Positions 38,300-46,242 of a DNA stretch of 64,000 nt are shown in pieces. The DNA is from an uncultured Bacteroidota bacterium (GTDB lineage Bacteria > Bacteroidota > Bacteroidia > Bacteroidales > B18-G4): positions 198,419 through 262,418 of the forward strand of contig CAWCAB010000003.1 in assembly GCA_963793485.1 (NCBI GenBank), given 5' to 3'. The number at the start of each line of letters is the position of its first letter. Position 1 is the stretch's first letter. Both the position numbers and the translations under genes were made by a program. The notes under the pieces were generated by a model. It had not been told where the DNA came from. It ran no database searches and saw nothing but the letters and a program-made list of their open reading frames with translations.

Positions 38300-39079
38300 A
38301 TGAAAAGAACATTTCTACTTCTATTATCCTTCTTCATGCTTTCAGCAGCGCAGGCTCAGTATCTCGAAGAGAATGAGCTTGTGGGCATCTATGAAAAACT
38401 GGATACAATCATTCCGGCCGACATTAAGTTTTATACCGAACAGGAAGAGCTGGTGTCCCTGGTATCATTAATCGACAAACCTACAGTGATCTGCCTGGTG
38501 TACTACACTTGTCCCGGGATTTGTAGTCCGCTGCTCGATGGTATGGCAGATGTGATCACAAAGATGGATATTGAACTCGGGAAAGACTACCAGGTGATCA
38601 CAGTTAGCTTTAACCCTGAAGAAACCCCTGAGTTGGCCCGCGACAAGAAAGTGAATTATGTTAAGCAGGTGAAGCGGGAGATCAATGAAGAAAACTGGAT
38701 GTGGCTAACGGGCGACAGTGCCAATATCTACGAGCTAACAAATGCAGTGGGTTACCACTTCATTAAGCAGGGTGTTGATTATATTCATGCGGCATCCATC
38801 ATTGTTGTCAGCCCTGATGCAAAGGTTACGCGATACCTGTATGGCACATATTTTCTTCCCTTCGACCTGAAAATGGCCGTTGCTGAGGCTTCTGCAGGAC
38901 GCTCAGGACCAACCATTAATAAGGTGTTGCGGTACTGTTTCTCATATGATCCCCAGGAAAAATCATATGTGCTGAACATCACAAAGATCACTGCCACGCT
39001 GATATTCTTCTTTGTTGGGGTGTTCTTTATTTACCTGCTATTCAGCAAGCGCAAGAAATTTAAGAAAAATTTTAAATAA
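38300..39079 (+). CDS. SCO1/SenC family copper chaperone
   Basis: Signal peptide, CxxxC motif YYTCPGICSP, downstream conserved His (DYIHAAS), C-terminal TM anchor. Confidence 0.8.
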   Translation: MKRTFLLLLSFFMLSAAQAQYLEENELVGIYEKLDTIIPADIKFYTEQEELVSLVSLIDKPTVICLVYYTCPGICSPLLDGMADVITKMDIELGKDYQVITVSFNPEETPELARDKKVNYVKQVKREINEENWMWLTGDSANIYELTNAVGYHFIKQGVDYIHAASIIVVSPDAKVTRYLYGTYFLPFDLKMAVAEASAGRSGPTINKVLRYCFSYDPQEKSYVLNITKITATLIFFFVGVFFIYLLFSKRKKFKKNFK

Positions 39080-39085
39080 ACAGAT

Positions 39086-40690
39086 ATGGACGTTGCAAGC
39101 CAAGAGCGTGAGTATGTGAGTTTTTTTAAAGTCAGGAAAGGTATTGCTTCCTGGATCTTTACACACGATCACAAACGAATCGCACTATTATATTTTTGGG
39201 GTGTGATCGGATTCTTTCTCGTTGCTTTCCTCCTTGGGATGGCGATGAGACTGGAGTTGATCGCTCCGGGTGAGACCATCATGACTGCTGAAATGTACAA
39301 TGGGGTTTTTACTCTTCACGGGGTGATCATGATATTCCTTTTTATTATTCCTGGAGTACCGGCTATTTTTGGGAATTTCATCCTGCCATTGATGTTGGGT
39401 GCCCCGGATGTGGCATTTCCACGATTAAACCTTGTTTCGTGGTGGCTCTATGTAATTGGTGGCCTCTTAGCACTGGGAACCCTTTTCTTTGGAGAAGGAC
39501 CACCTGATACTGGCTGGACTTTTTATGCTCCTTATAGTGTAAAAACCGGGACTAATGTGACCATTGCCGTACTGGCAGCATTTATTCTTGGTTTCTCATC
39601 CATCCTTACCGGGTTGAACTTTATTGTAACTATGCACAGGATGCGTTGTCCTGGTATGAGCTGGTTCAGAATGCCGCTTTTCCCATGGGCACTTTATGCT
39701 ACATCATGGATCCAGGTGCTGGCTACACCGGTCGTCGGCATAACCTTGCTTATGATTGTAGCAGAGCGGGCTCTTGGAGTAGGATTCTTTGACCCTGCTA
39801 TTGGAGGGGATCCGATCCTCTATCAGCACCTGTTCTGGATCTATTCACATCCGGCAGTATATATCATGATATTGCCCGCCATGGGGATCGTTTCTGATAT
39901 TCTTCCCACATTTACCAAGAAATCAATTTTTGGATATAAAGCAATTGTTTATTCAAGTTTAGCCATTGCATTTGTGGGTTATTTCGTTTGGGGGCACCAT
40001 ATGTATACTTCCGGTATGAGTGGCACAGCCCTTATCGTATTTTCATTGCTCACTTTCCTGGTGGCTGTTCCTTCCGGGGTGAAAGTCTTCAATTGGGTGG
40101 CCACCATGTATAAAGGCTCTATTGATCTTCAACCGCCACTATGGTATGCGCTGGCATTTATCTTCCAGTTCATGATAGGTGGCTTAACCGGCCTTGTTGT
40201 CGGGTCGATTGCTACAGATATTCATGTGCACGACACATATTTTGTTGTTGCCCACATCCACTACGTGATGTTTGGTGGCGCTGGATTTGCTTTCCTGGGT
40301 GCCCTTCACTATTGGTTTCCAAAGATCTGGGGCAGGATGTATAATAAGCGGGTAGCCAATATCGGCTTGCTTATATTCGCAATTGGATTTAATACACTCT
40401 ATTTTCCTTTATTTATTGTTGGATTAATGGGCATGCCCAGAAGATATTACGATTATCTTCCGGAATTTACCGGCCCCAATGTGATCTCTACTTTCGGTTC
40501 ATTTATCCTGGCCATTGGCCTTGTCATCATTATTACCAACCTCATCAGAGGAAAACTATATGGAGCCAAAGCACCTAAAAATCCATGGGGTGGCAAAACC
40601 CTTGAATGGGAAGCTGATTCACCCCCAAGCTTGTACAATTTTGACGAGACTCCTACTGTTACGGAGGGACCATACGTTTACAATAAATGA
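39086..40690 (+). CDS. ctaD: Cytochrome c oxidase subunit I
   Basis: 534 aa with GGDPILYQHLFWIYSHPAVYIMILP and HDTYFVVAHIHYVMFGG haem-copper oxidase signatures. Confidence 0.96.
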   Translation: MDVASQEREYVSFFKVRKGIASWIFTHDHKRIALLYFWGVIGFFLVAFLLGMAMRLELIAPGETIMTAEMYNGVFTLHGVIMIFLFIIPGVPAIFGNFILPLMLGAPDVAFPRLNLVSWWLYVIGGLLALGTLFFGEGPPDTGWTFYAPYSVKTGTNVTIAVLAAFILGFSSILTGLNFIVTMHRMRCPGMSWFRMPLFPWALYATSWIQVLATPVVGITLLMIVAERALGVGFFDPAIGGDPILYQHLFWIYSHPAVYIMILPAMGIVSDILPTFTKKSIFGYKAIVYSSLAIAFVGYFVWGHHMYTSGMSGTALIVFSLLTFLVAVPSGVKVFNWVATMYKGSIDLQPPLWYALAFIFQFMIGGLTGLVVGSIATDIHVHDTYFVVAHIHYVMFGGAGFAFLGALHYWFPKIWGRMYNKRVANIGLLIFAIGFNTLYFPLFIVGLMGMPRRYYDYLPEFTGPNVISTFGSFILAIGLVIIITNLIRGKLYGAKAPKNPWGGKTLEWEADSPPSLYNFDETPTVTEGPYVYNK

Positions 40691-40795
40691 AATGGCATAA
40701 GGCATAGGGAATAAGGCATAAGGAAAATGGAATGGACATGTGAAATGCAAATGCTAAATGATAAAAGCTAAATGCTCAATGATATATGAATATGG
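40691..40795. repeat. Heptamer array (15 units) filling the coxI-coxIII spacer
   Basis: aatggca taaggca tagggaa taaggca taaggaa aatggaa tggacat gtgaaat gcaaatg ctaaatg ataaaag ctaaatg ctcaatg atatatg aatatgg. Confidence 0.9.
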
Positions 40796-41418
40796 ACACA
40801 ACACATACTGACCACACAGCACCCATGCTGCATCGCGATGATGAAGGCTCGCGATTAGGCATGTGGCTCTTTCTGTTTACGGAGGTAATCCTGTTCGGGG
40901 GCTTGTTTGCGGTATATGCCGTTTACAGGTTTATGAATCCGGAAGCCTTTCATATCGCTTCCAGCCATTTAAATTTAACTCTCGGTGCGGTGAATACTGT
41001 AGTACTGCTAACGAGTAGCCTTACAGTGGCCCTTTCCATCTCTGCCATACAGTTGAACAGGCCTAAGCAGTCGTTGATCTTTCTCGGACTAACGGTAGTC
41101 TTTGCCCTCACCTTTATGGTAAATAAGTATTTTGAATGGGGAGCTAAAATTGAACACGGACTCTTTCCGGGTACTGATCATTTCTATGAGTTAAGCCATG
41201 GGGAGGCCATGTTCTATTATCTTTACTACTTCATGACAGGCTTGCACGGAGTACACGTGGTTGTTGGAACGGTATTGTTGATCATTATGGCCGTGAAGAT
41301 CTATCAAAAAAGACTTACGTCTACCAATTTCACCTTACTTGAAAACAGTGGCCTTTACTGGCACCTGGTGGATGTGATCTGGATCTTCCTTTTTCCTTTG
41401 TTGTATTTAATAAAATAA
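40786..41418 (+). CDS. ctaE: Cytochrome c oxidase subunit III
   Basis: 210 aa with LGMWLFLFTEVILFGGLF...YWHLVDVIWIFLFPLLY, typical of subunit III. The start is ATG 40786 or 40792 (same frame). Confidence 0.88.
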   Translation: MNMDTTHTDHTAPMLHRDDEGSRLGMWLFLFTEVILFGGLFAVYAVYRFMNPEAFHIASSHLNLTLGAVNTVVLLTSSLTVALSISAIQLNRPKQSLIFLGLTVVFALTFMVNKYFEWGAKIEHGLFPGTDHFYELSHGEAMFYYLYYFMTGLHGVHVVVGTVLLIIMAVKIYQKRLTSTNFTLLENSGLYWHLVDVIWIFLFPLLYLIK

Positions 41419-41425
41419 TGAAGCT

Positions 41426-41710
41426 ATGAGTGAACACGAAACACATGTAGTATCATATAAAAGCAATGTATTGATCTGGATCGATCTCCTGATCATGACC
41501 TTTGTGACCATTGAGATCGCACAATTCGATTTTCACGATCTCACCGTAGTTATTGCTTTGCTGGTAGCCAGCATAAAAACATACCTGGTAGGATATTACT
41601 TTATGCACCTGAAGTTCGAAAACCGGATGTTCAGGATATTTGTAGGGATCATGGCTTTTGTATTTATTTCTTTTATGGCCATTCTTTTCTTTGATTATTC
41701 ATTCAGATAG
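41426..41710 (+). CDS. Cytochrome c oxidase subunit IV family (prokaryotic)
   Basis: 94 aa with three TM segments. The position after subunit III and the pattern VASIKTYLVGYYFMHLKFE support the call. Confidence 0.65.
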   Translation: MSEHETHVVSYKSNVLIWIDLLIMTFVTIEIAQFDFHDLTVVIALLVASIKTYLVGYYFMHLKFENRMFRIFVGIMAFVFISFMAILFFDYSFR

Positions 41711-41721
41711 GAGGATAATTT

Positions 41722-42657
41722 ATGTTTACAGGCGCATCAAATTTTGTAGAAGGGGTTGACAATGCCTTTATGGTGATCATAGGGAGCTCAATTGTGCTGC
41801 TCTTACTGATCACTGCCGTGATGATATTTTTCATCATCAAGTATAATAAGAAACGGCATCCCAAAGCAGTTGATATTGAAGGAAGCAATACCCTTGAGTT
41901 TATCTGGACCCTGATCCCCACAGTACTCGTGTTGTTAATGTTCTGGTATGGGTATATCGGCTATGCCCCCATGAAGCAGGTTCCGGATGATGCTATAGAG
42001 ATTACTGTTACAGCCCGGATGTGGAGCTGGACTTTTGAATATGACAATGGACGCAAAAGTGATAAACTGGTCATTCCTCATAATAAACCTGTGAAGCTCG
42101 ACCTGGTCTCTGTGGATGTATTGCATAACCTGTATATCCCTGCTTTCAGGATCAAGGAGGATGTGGTCCCTGGAGGAGATAATTATATGTGGTTTATTGG
42201 CCAGAAGAAAGGTTCCTATGATATCCTTTGTGCTGAATATTGTGGACTGCGGCATTCCTATATGATCACCAAACTGGATGTAGTTTCCCCTGAAGAATAC
42301 GAGGAATGGTACACCCTGCCACCCGACAGCATGCTGAACCAGGTGGATGCATGGTATGACATTACCAGAGCCAATGGATGCATCGGTTGCCATTCTACTG
42401 ATGGATCAAAGCTGGTTGGGTCCTCATTAAAGGACCTTTATGGCGCTGAAAAAGTTATTCTTGTTGGTGGGGAAGAGAAAACCATCATTGTTGATAAACC
42501 TTATCTGCGCCGCTCAATATATGAACCTAATGCAGAGATCGTGAAGGGATATCCCGTTGGGATCATGCCCACCTATAAAGATCAGATCAGCGATGAGGAT
42601 GTAGAGAAGATTATCCTTTATATCAAATCATTATCGGATGCAGGCACAGAGGAGTAG
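41722..42657 (+). CDS. ctaC: Cytochrome c oxidase subunit II with fused C-terminal cytochrome c domain (caa3-type)
   Basis: Two N-terminal TM segments, CuA site CAEYCGLRHSYM, haem c site CIGCHS. Confidence 0.9.
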   Translation: MFTGASNFVEGVDNAFMVIIGSSIVLLLLITAVMIFFIIKYNKKRHPKAVDIEGSNTLEFIWTLIPTVLVLLMFWYGYIGYAPMKQVPDDAIEITVTARMWSWTFEYDNGRKSDKLVIPHNKPVKLDLVSVDVLHNLYIPAFRIKEDVVPGGDNYMWFIGQKKGSYDILCAEYCGLRHSYMITKLDVVSPEEYEEWYTLPPDSMLNQVDAWYDITRANGCIGCHSTDGSKLVGSSLKDLYGAEKVILVGGEEKTIIVDKPYLRRSIYEPNAEIVKGYPVGIMPTYKDQISDEDVEKIILYIKSLSDAGTEE

Positions 42658-43513
42658 GGGCGGAACCCTTACTGCCATCATTGAACTTTCAAAGATCAGG
42701 ATTACTATTGCCGTGACCCTGAGCACCCTTACAGGATATATTTTATTTGACGGTACCGTCGACATGATTGCCGTATGGGCATCACTTGGTGTGTTCTTGT
42801 TAGCTTCTTCATCAGCGGCGCTGAACCAGTACCAGGAACGTAATATCGATGCCATGATGACACGCACAGCAAGGCGACCTCTTCCTGCAGGAAAAATTAG
42901 CGTTTCCCTGGCTCTTATTGTCGTTGTGTTATTGTTCCTGGCGGGAAGTAGTATTCTTTTCTATAAGACAAATAATATTGCTCTGGGCCTGGGACTGCTT
43001 TCATTTGTCTGGTACAATGCCATCTATACGCCATTAAAATACAAAACCGTTTTTGCGCTGATCATCGGTTCTGTGATCGGCGCCCTGCCGCCCATTATTG
43101 GTTGGACAGCTGCCGGGGGCGATGTCTTTGGTACACCAGTATTGTTTCTTGCCTTCTTTATCTATATCTGGCAGGTTCCTCATTTTATTGTACTTCTGCT
43201 GTTGTATGGCGACGATTACAAAGAAGCTGACCTTCCGGTCTTAACCTCATACTATGACGAGTACAGCACGCGTAAGATCATTTTTGTCTGGATATTAGGT
43301 ACCATGATCACCGGAATGATGCTGCCCTTTATGTGTGGCATGCAGTATTGGCTATCCATCATATTGATGATGTTGCTTTCCGCCGGCCTCTTTGTTTCCA
43401 TGATCAGGCTCATTATTAGAAACAGGCCTTTCCACGTAAAACGGGCGTTTATTTTGATGAATGTGTACCTGGTGCTGATCCTCATACTTATTTCCATTGA
43501 TAAACTGGTCTGA
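42638..43513 (+). CDS. ctaB: Protohaem IX farnesyltransferase (haem O synthase)
   Basis: UbiA-family pattern NQYQERNIDAMMTRTARRPLPAGKIS, multi-TM. The start is uncertain; it overlaps the coxII end. Confidence 0.88.
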   Translation: MQAQRSRGGTLTAIIELSKIRITIAVTLSTLTGYILFDGTVDMIAVWASLGVFLLASSSAALNQYQERNIDAMMTRTARRPLPAGKISVSLALIVVVLLFLAGSSILFYKTNNIALGLGLLSFVWYNAIYTPLKYKTVFALIIGSVIGALPPIIGWTAAGGDVFGTPVLFLAFFIYIWQVPHFIVLLLLYGDDYKEADLPVLTSYYDEYSTRKIIFVWILGTMITGMMLPFMCGMQYWLSIILMMLLSAGLFVSMIRLIIRNRPFHVKRAFILMNVYLVLILILISIDKLV

Positions 43514-43713
43514 GGCGTGGGGTTTGGGGCGTGGGATGATGTTGAGTGATTAATTCTTGGTGAAACTTTGTGCCTTGGTGTCTTGGTGGCTGTTTTGATG
43601 ATTAATTATGGATTATGAGCTATGGATGAAATGGAACAAGGAATATGGAAAATGTAGAATGGGCAATGTAATAACCCCGTTCCTCGTCCCCCGTCCCCCA
43701 TCCCTCGCACCAA
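43511..43713. repeat. Mosaic heptamer array (about 29 units in 5 blocks) beginning with the ctaB stop codon
   Basis: tgaggcg tggggtt tggggcg tgggatg | atgttga gtgatta attcttg gtgaaac tttgtgc | cttggtg tcttggt ggctgtt | ttgatga ttaatta tggatta tgagcta tggatga aatggaa caaggaa tatggaa aatgtag aatgggc aatgtaa | taacccc gttcctc gtccccc gtccccc atccctc gcaccaa. Confidence 0.9.
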
Positions 43714-43747
43714 ATTAAATAAAGCCGTATCTTAGTAAAAAATACCC

Positions 43748-44515
43748 ATGATGAACTCAAATTTTGCTGTACTGATCGATGGCGATAACATCCCATCTGC
43801 CTATGTGAAGGAGATGATGGAAGAAATTGCCAAGTATGGAAACCCGACCATCAAGAGAATTTATGGTGACTGGACCAAGCCAACACTTGCAAAGTGGAAA
43901 AACATGCTGCTCGAGAACGCTATCACCCCTGTACAGCAATATGCTTACACAAAGGGGAAGAATGCCACGGATTCGGCCATGATCATAGATGCCATGGACA
44001 TTCTCTACTCCGGGAAGGTGGATGGATTTTGCATTGTCTCCAGCGACAGCGATTTCACCCGCCTTGCCACCAGATTGCGTGAAGCCGGAATGCAGGTAAT
44101 CGGCATAGGGGAGAAGAAAACTCCCAGCCCATTTATCGTGGCCTGCGATAAGTTCATTTATATCGAAATCCTTAAAACCCAATCCAAAAGTGATGAAGTG
44201 AATACCGATGAAAGTAAAGCGCAGGTTGAAGAAACCTACGACAAGATCACTCCCCAGGTGATCAGACTTATTTCATCAACCATATCTGACCTGGCCGATG
44301 AGGATGGCTGGGCCTTTCTGGGTGATGTGGGAAGCTTGCTGCAAAAGAAAATGCCCAGCTTCGACTCCAGAAATTATGGTTTTCAGAAGCTGACACCCCT
44401 GATCAACTCCACCAATCGTTTTGAAATTGAACAACGCGAAAGCCCCGGGAAGAAATATAAGCTGATCTATGTTAAGAACAGGGAACAACATCAGAAGAAG
44501 GATAAAAAACACTAA
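43748..44515 (+). CDS. NYN (LabA/DUF88-like) nuclease-fold domain protein with C-terminal OST-HTH/LOTUS domain
   Basis: N-terminal FAVLIDGDNIP...DSAMIIDAMDILYSGKVDGFCIVSSDSDFTRLATRLREAGMQVIGIG (NYN). C-terminal LADEDGWAFLGDVGSLLQKKMPSFDSRNYGFQKLTPLI (LOTUS-like). Confidence 0.8.
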   Translation: MMNSNFAVLIDGDNIPSAYVKEMMEEIAKYGNPTIKRIYGDWTKPTLAKWKNMLLENAITPVQQYAYTKGKNATDSAMIIDAMDILYSGKVDGFCIVSSDSDFTRLATRLREAGMQVIGIGEKKTPSPFIVACDKFIYIEILKTQSKSDEVNTDESKAQVEETYDKITPQVIRLISSTISDLADEDGWAFLGDVGSLLQKKMPSFDSRNYGFQKLTPLINSTNRFEIEQRESPGKKYKLIYVKNREQHQKKDKKH

Positions 44516-44520
44516 TTAAG

Positions 44521-44646
44521 TGTTGGGTGCTAGGTGCTGGGTGCTGGGTGCTGGGTGTCTGAGGATTTAATCTTGGTGAAACTTGGTTCCTTTGTGCCTT
44601 GGTGGTTGCTTTGATTAATGATGAAAATGGAGAATGGTTATTGAAT
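44521..44646. repeat. Mosaic heptamer array (18 units) with the same block order as 43511-43671
   Basis: tgttggg tgctagg tgctggg tgctggg tgctggg tgtctga ggattta atcttgg tgaaact tggttcc tttgtgc cttggtg gttgctt tgattaa tgatgaa aatggag aatggtt attgaat. Confidence 0.9.
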
Positions 44647-44742
44647 TTCTGCGTTCCATCTACTGCCTTTTTTTCTTAACTTTAATGCACGAATAAACTT
44701 TCACTGAATAGAGATACTTATGATTAATATTTCTGTGCAATT

Positions 44743-45273
44743 TTGGTATTTATATTCTCCTTAGGGGTAAGCCAGAGCCAAATCATTCCACCTTCATCCG
44801 ATGATCTTTCGGTTGTTTACTTTGTCAGGTTCTCTGGGGTAGGGTCAATGGTTAATTTTAGCTTTTATGATAGTACAAAGTTTATTGGAAAGATAAAAGG
44901 TGGGAAGTATATCCGGTATGAATGCCAAGCTGGAAAGCATCTTTTTCTGGCAAGGAGTGAAAATGATGATTTTCTTGAGGCAGAATTATCAGCGGGAAAA
45001 ATTTATTTTGTTGATGCCTACGGAGAAATGGGAGGTGTGAAAGCACGGGTACTTTTGGAAGCTGTGGATACTAAAAATCAAAAATGGATAAAAAAGATCC
45101 TCAAACTAATCAATAAAAAACCTGCTGTAGAATTCACGGCCGAAGAATTGTCTGAAGAAGAAGCAAAACAGAAGCAAAAAGCGAAAAAAGCATTTCAACG
45201 ATACCATGAAAAAAAGAAGGAGGGGAAAGAATTCCCTCAAATCACACCTGATATGTTTTACCTGCCAGATTAA
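44743..45273 (+). CDS. Hypothetical protein (DUF2846-like pattern), no ATG start
   Basis: VVYFVRFSGVGSMVNFSFYDSTKFIGKIKGGKYIRYECQAGKHLF...SAGKIYFVDAY followed by a Lys/Glu-rich tail. Only a TTG start is available in frame. Confidence 0.45.
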   Translation: MVFIFSLGVSQSQIIPPSSDDLSVVYFVRFSGVGSMVNFSFYDSTKFIGKIKGGKYIRYECQAGKHLFLARSENDDFLEAELSAGKIYFVDAYGEMGGVKARVLLEAVDTKNQKWIKKILKLINKKPAVEFTAEELSEEEAKQKQKAKKAFQRYHEKKKEGKEFPQITPDMFYLPD

Positions 45274-45362
45274 TGTAGCTAATAGCCAACAGCCTCCAGC
45301 TCCCAGCAATCAGCTCCCGACCAACAGCCCCAGACCTCACACCCCAGACCCCGTGCCCAGCT
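45272..45362. repeat. Heptamer array NNNNCAG (13 units) spanning a convergent spacer and the last 8 codons of the cytochrome c gene
   Basis: aatgtag ctaatag ccaacag cctccag ctcccag caatcag ctcccga ccaacag ccccaga cctcaca ccccaga ccccgtg cccagct. Confidence 0.9.
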
Positions 45363-46242
45363 TCCGAATCTTCATCACCAGCATCAACACATACCCAATC
45401 GCTAGCAATATCCCGCCGGTAACACCAAAGTAAGCTGCAAGAAGCCACAGCGGAACATGATCATTATCCTTCCATAGCTGGCGATCGTCATTCCAGTAGG
45501 TCTCTTTATGAATGCCCCAGGCTACTTCTTCACTTAACTCGGTAGTGTTGAATTCTGAATCTTCCACCCTGGCAACGAGCATCAGTTTTCCTTCTTCTCC
45601 CGGAATGCCTTTTGGGAAAGAAACGCTAACTGTGCCTTCCTCATTGGTATAGTTTCGGCTGCCGCCAATGAGCATATCAGCAAAATAACGCTTGATATAG
45701 AAATTCACTTTGATCTCTTTGGCCGGTGTTTTTTCTCCGTTTTCCAGGAGTTCATACACCTTTGCAGTGACAAACTTTGAGCTGTCGCCTTCATCAAACT
45801 CCAGCATGATGGTGGCATTTCTCTTGATCACGTCTTCTTTGGGCGTAGCAAAGGTGCGTATGTAATTAATCACATGCCATAGATCGGTTTCATCCATGTA
45901 ACTATAGCTTTGCATCTGCCCGCGGCCTTCCTTCAATTTATAAAGGATAGCACCATCGGTCTGATCGCTAAAGGCTTTAGTTGTCAGGTCAGCTGATGCG
46001 AGCAAGCCATCACCCAGGCCGGCTTCACCATGGCAGGCTTTACAGTTCATATCGTAAATAGCCTTTCCGGCATCCAGAGTTTCCTTGTTAACCTCAGTGG
46101 GATTTATGACATCATTGGCCTCTGTAGGCACATCCCATGGAGGGAACTCTGTTGATGCTAATAACAACAGGCTGCTGAAGATAAATGTGAGGGCTAGAAT
46201 TTTCTTTTTATTTACGTTCATGATCTTGTTTGTTTTGATCAT
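45337..46242 (-). CDS. Membrane-anchored monohaem cytochrome c with middle beta-rich domain
   Basis: Signal/anchor sequence, haem site CKACHGEAGLGDG with distal Met region (GRGQMQSY), C-terminal TM segment LWLLAAYFGVTGGILLAIGYVLMLV. ATGA overlap with the upstream NrfD-like gene. Confidence 0.75.
   Translation of the reverse strand: MIKTNKIMNVNKKKILALTFIFSSLLLLASTEFPPWDVPTEANDVINPTEVNKETLDAGKAIYDMNCKACHGEAGLGDGLLASADLTTKAFSDQTDGAILYKLKEGRGQMQSYSYMDETDLWHVINYIRTFATPKEDVIKRNATIMLEFDEGDSSKFVTAKVYELLENGEKTPAKEIKVNFYIKRYFADMLIGGSRNYTNEEGTVSVSFPKGIPGEEGKLMLVARVEDSEFNTTELSEEVAWGIHKETYWNDDRQLWKDNDHVPLWLLAAYFGVTGGILLAIGYVLMLVMKIRKLGTGSGV

Noticed and set aside
38131-38376. 81-aa ORF upstream of and overlapping the sco start
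   Set aside because: It is AT-rich and low-complexity, out of frame with sco, and overlaps the likely promoter region.
43511-43713. Possibility that the repeat arrays are CRISPR arrays
   Set aside because: The units are 7 bp and directly abutting with no unique spacers. The repeats are degenerate, and no cas genes or leader are present.
43511-44646. NYN-LOTUS gene as a transposon or integrative element
   Set aside because: There is no transposase, integrase or terminal inverted repeats, and the roughly 125-bp flanking direct repeats are far too long for a target-site duplication. It is kept only as a cassette-like observation.
45206-45448. Pro/Ser-rich ORFs (75 and 68 aa) across the 45272-45362 array
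   Set aside because: They are translations of the NNNNCAG heptamers on either strand. They overlap the genuine cytochrome c gene end and have no independent support.
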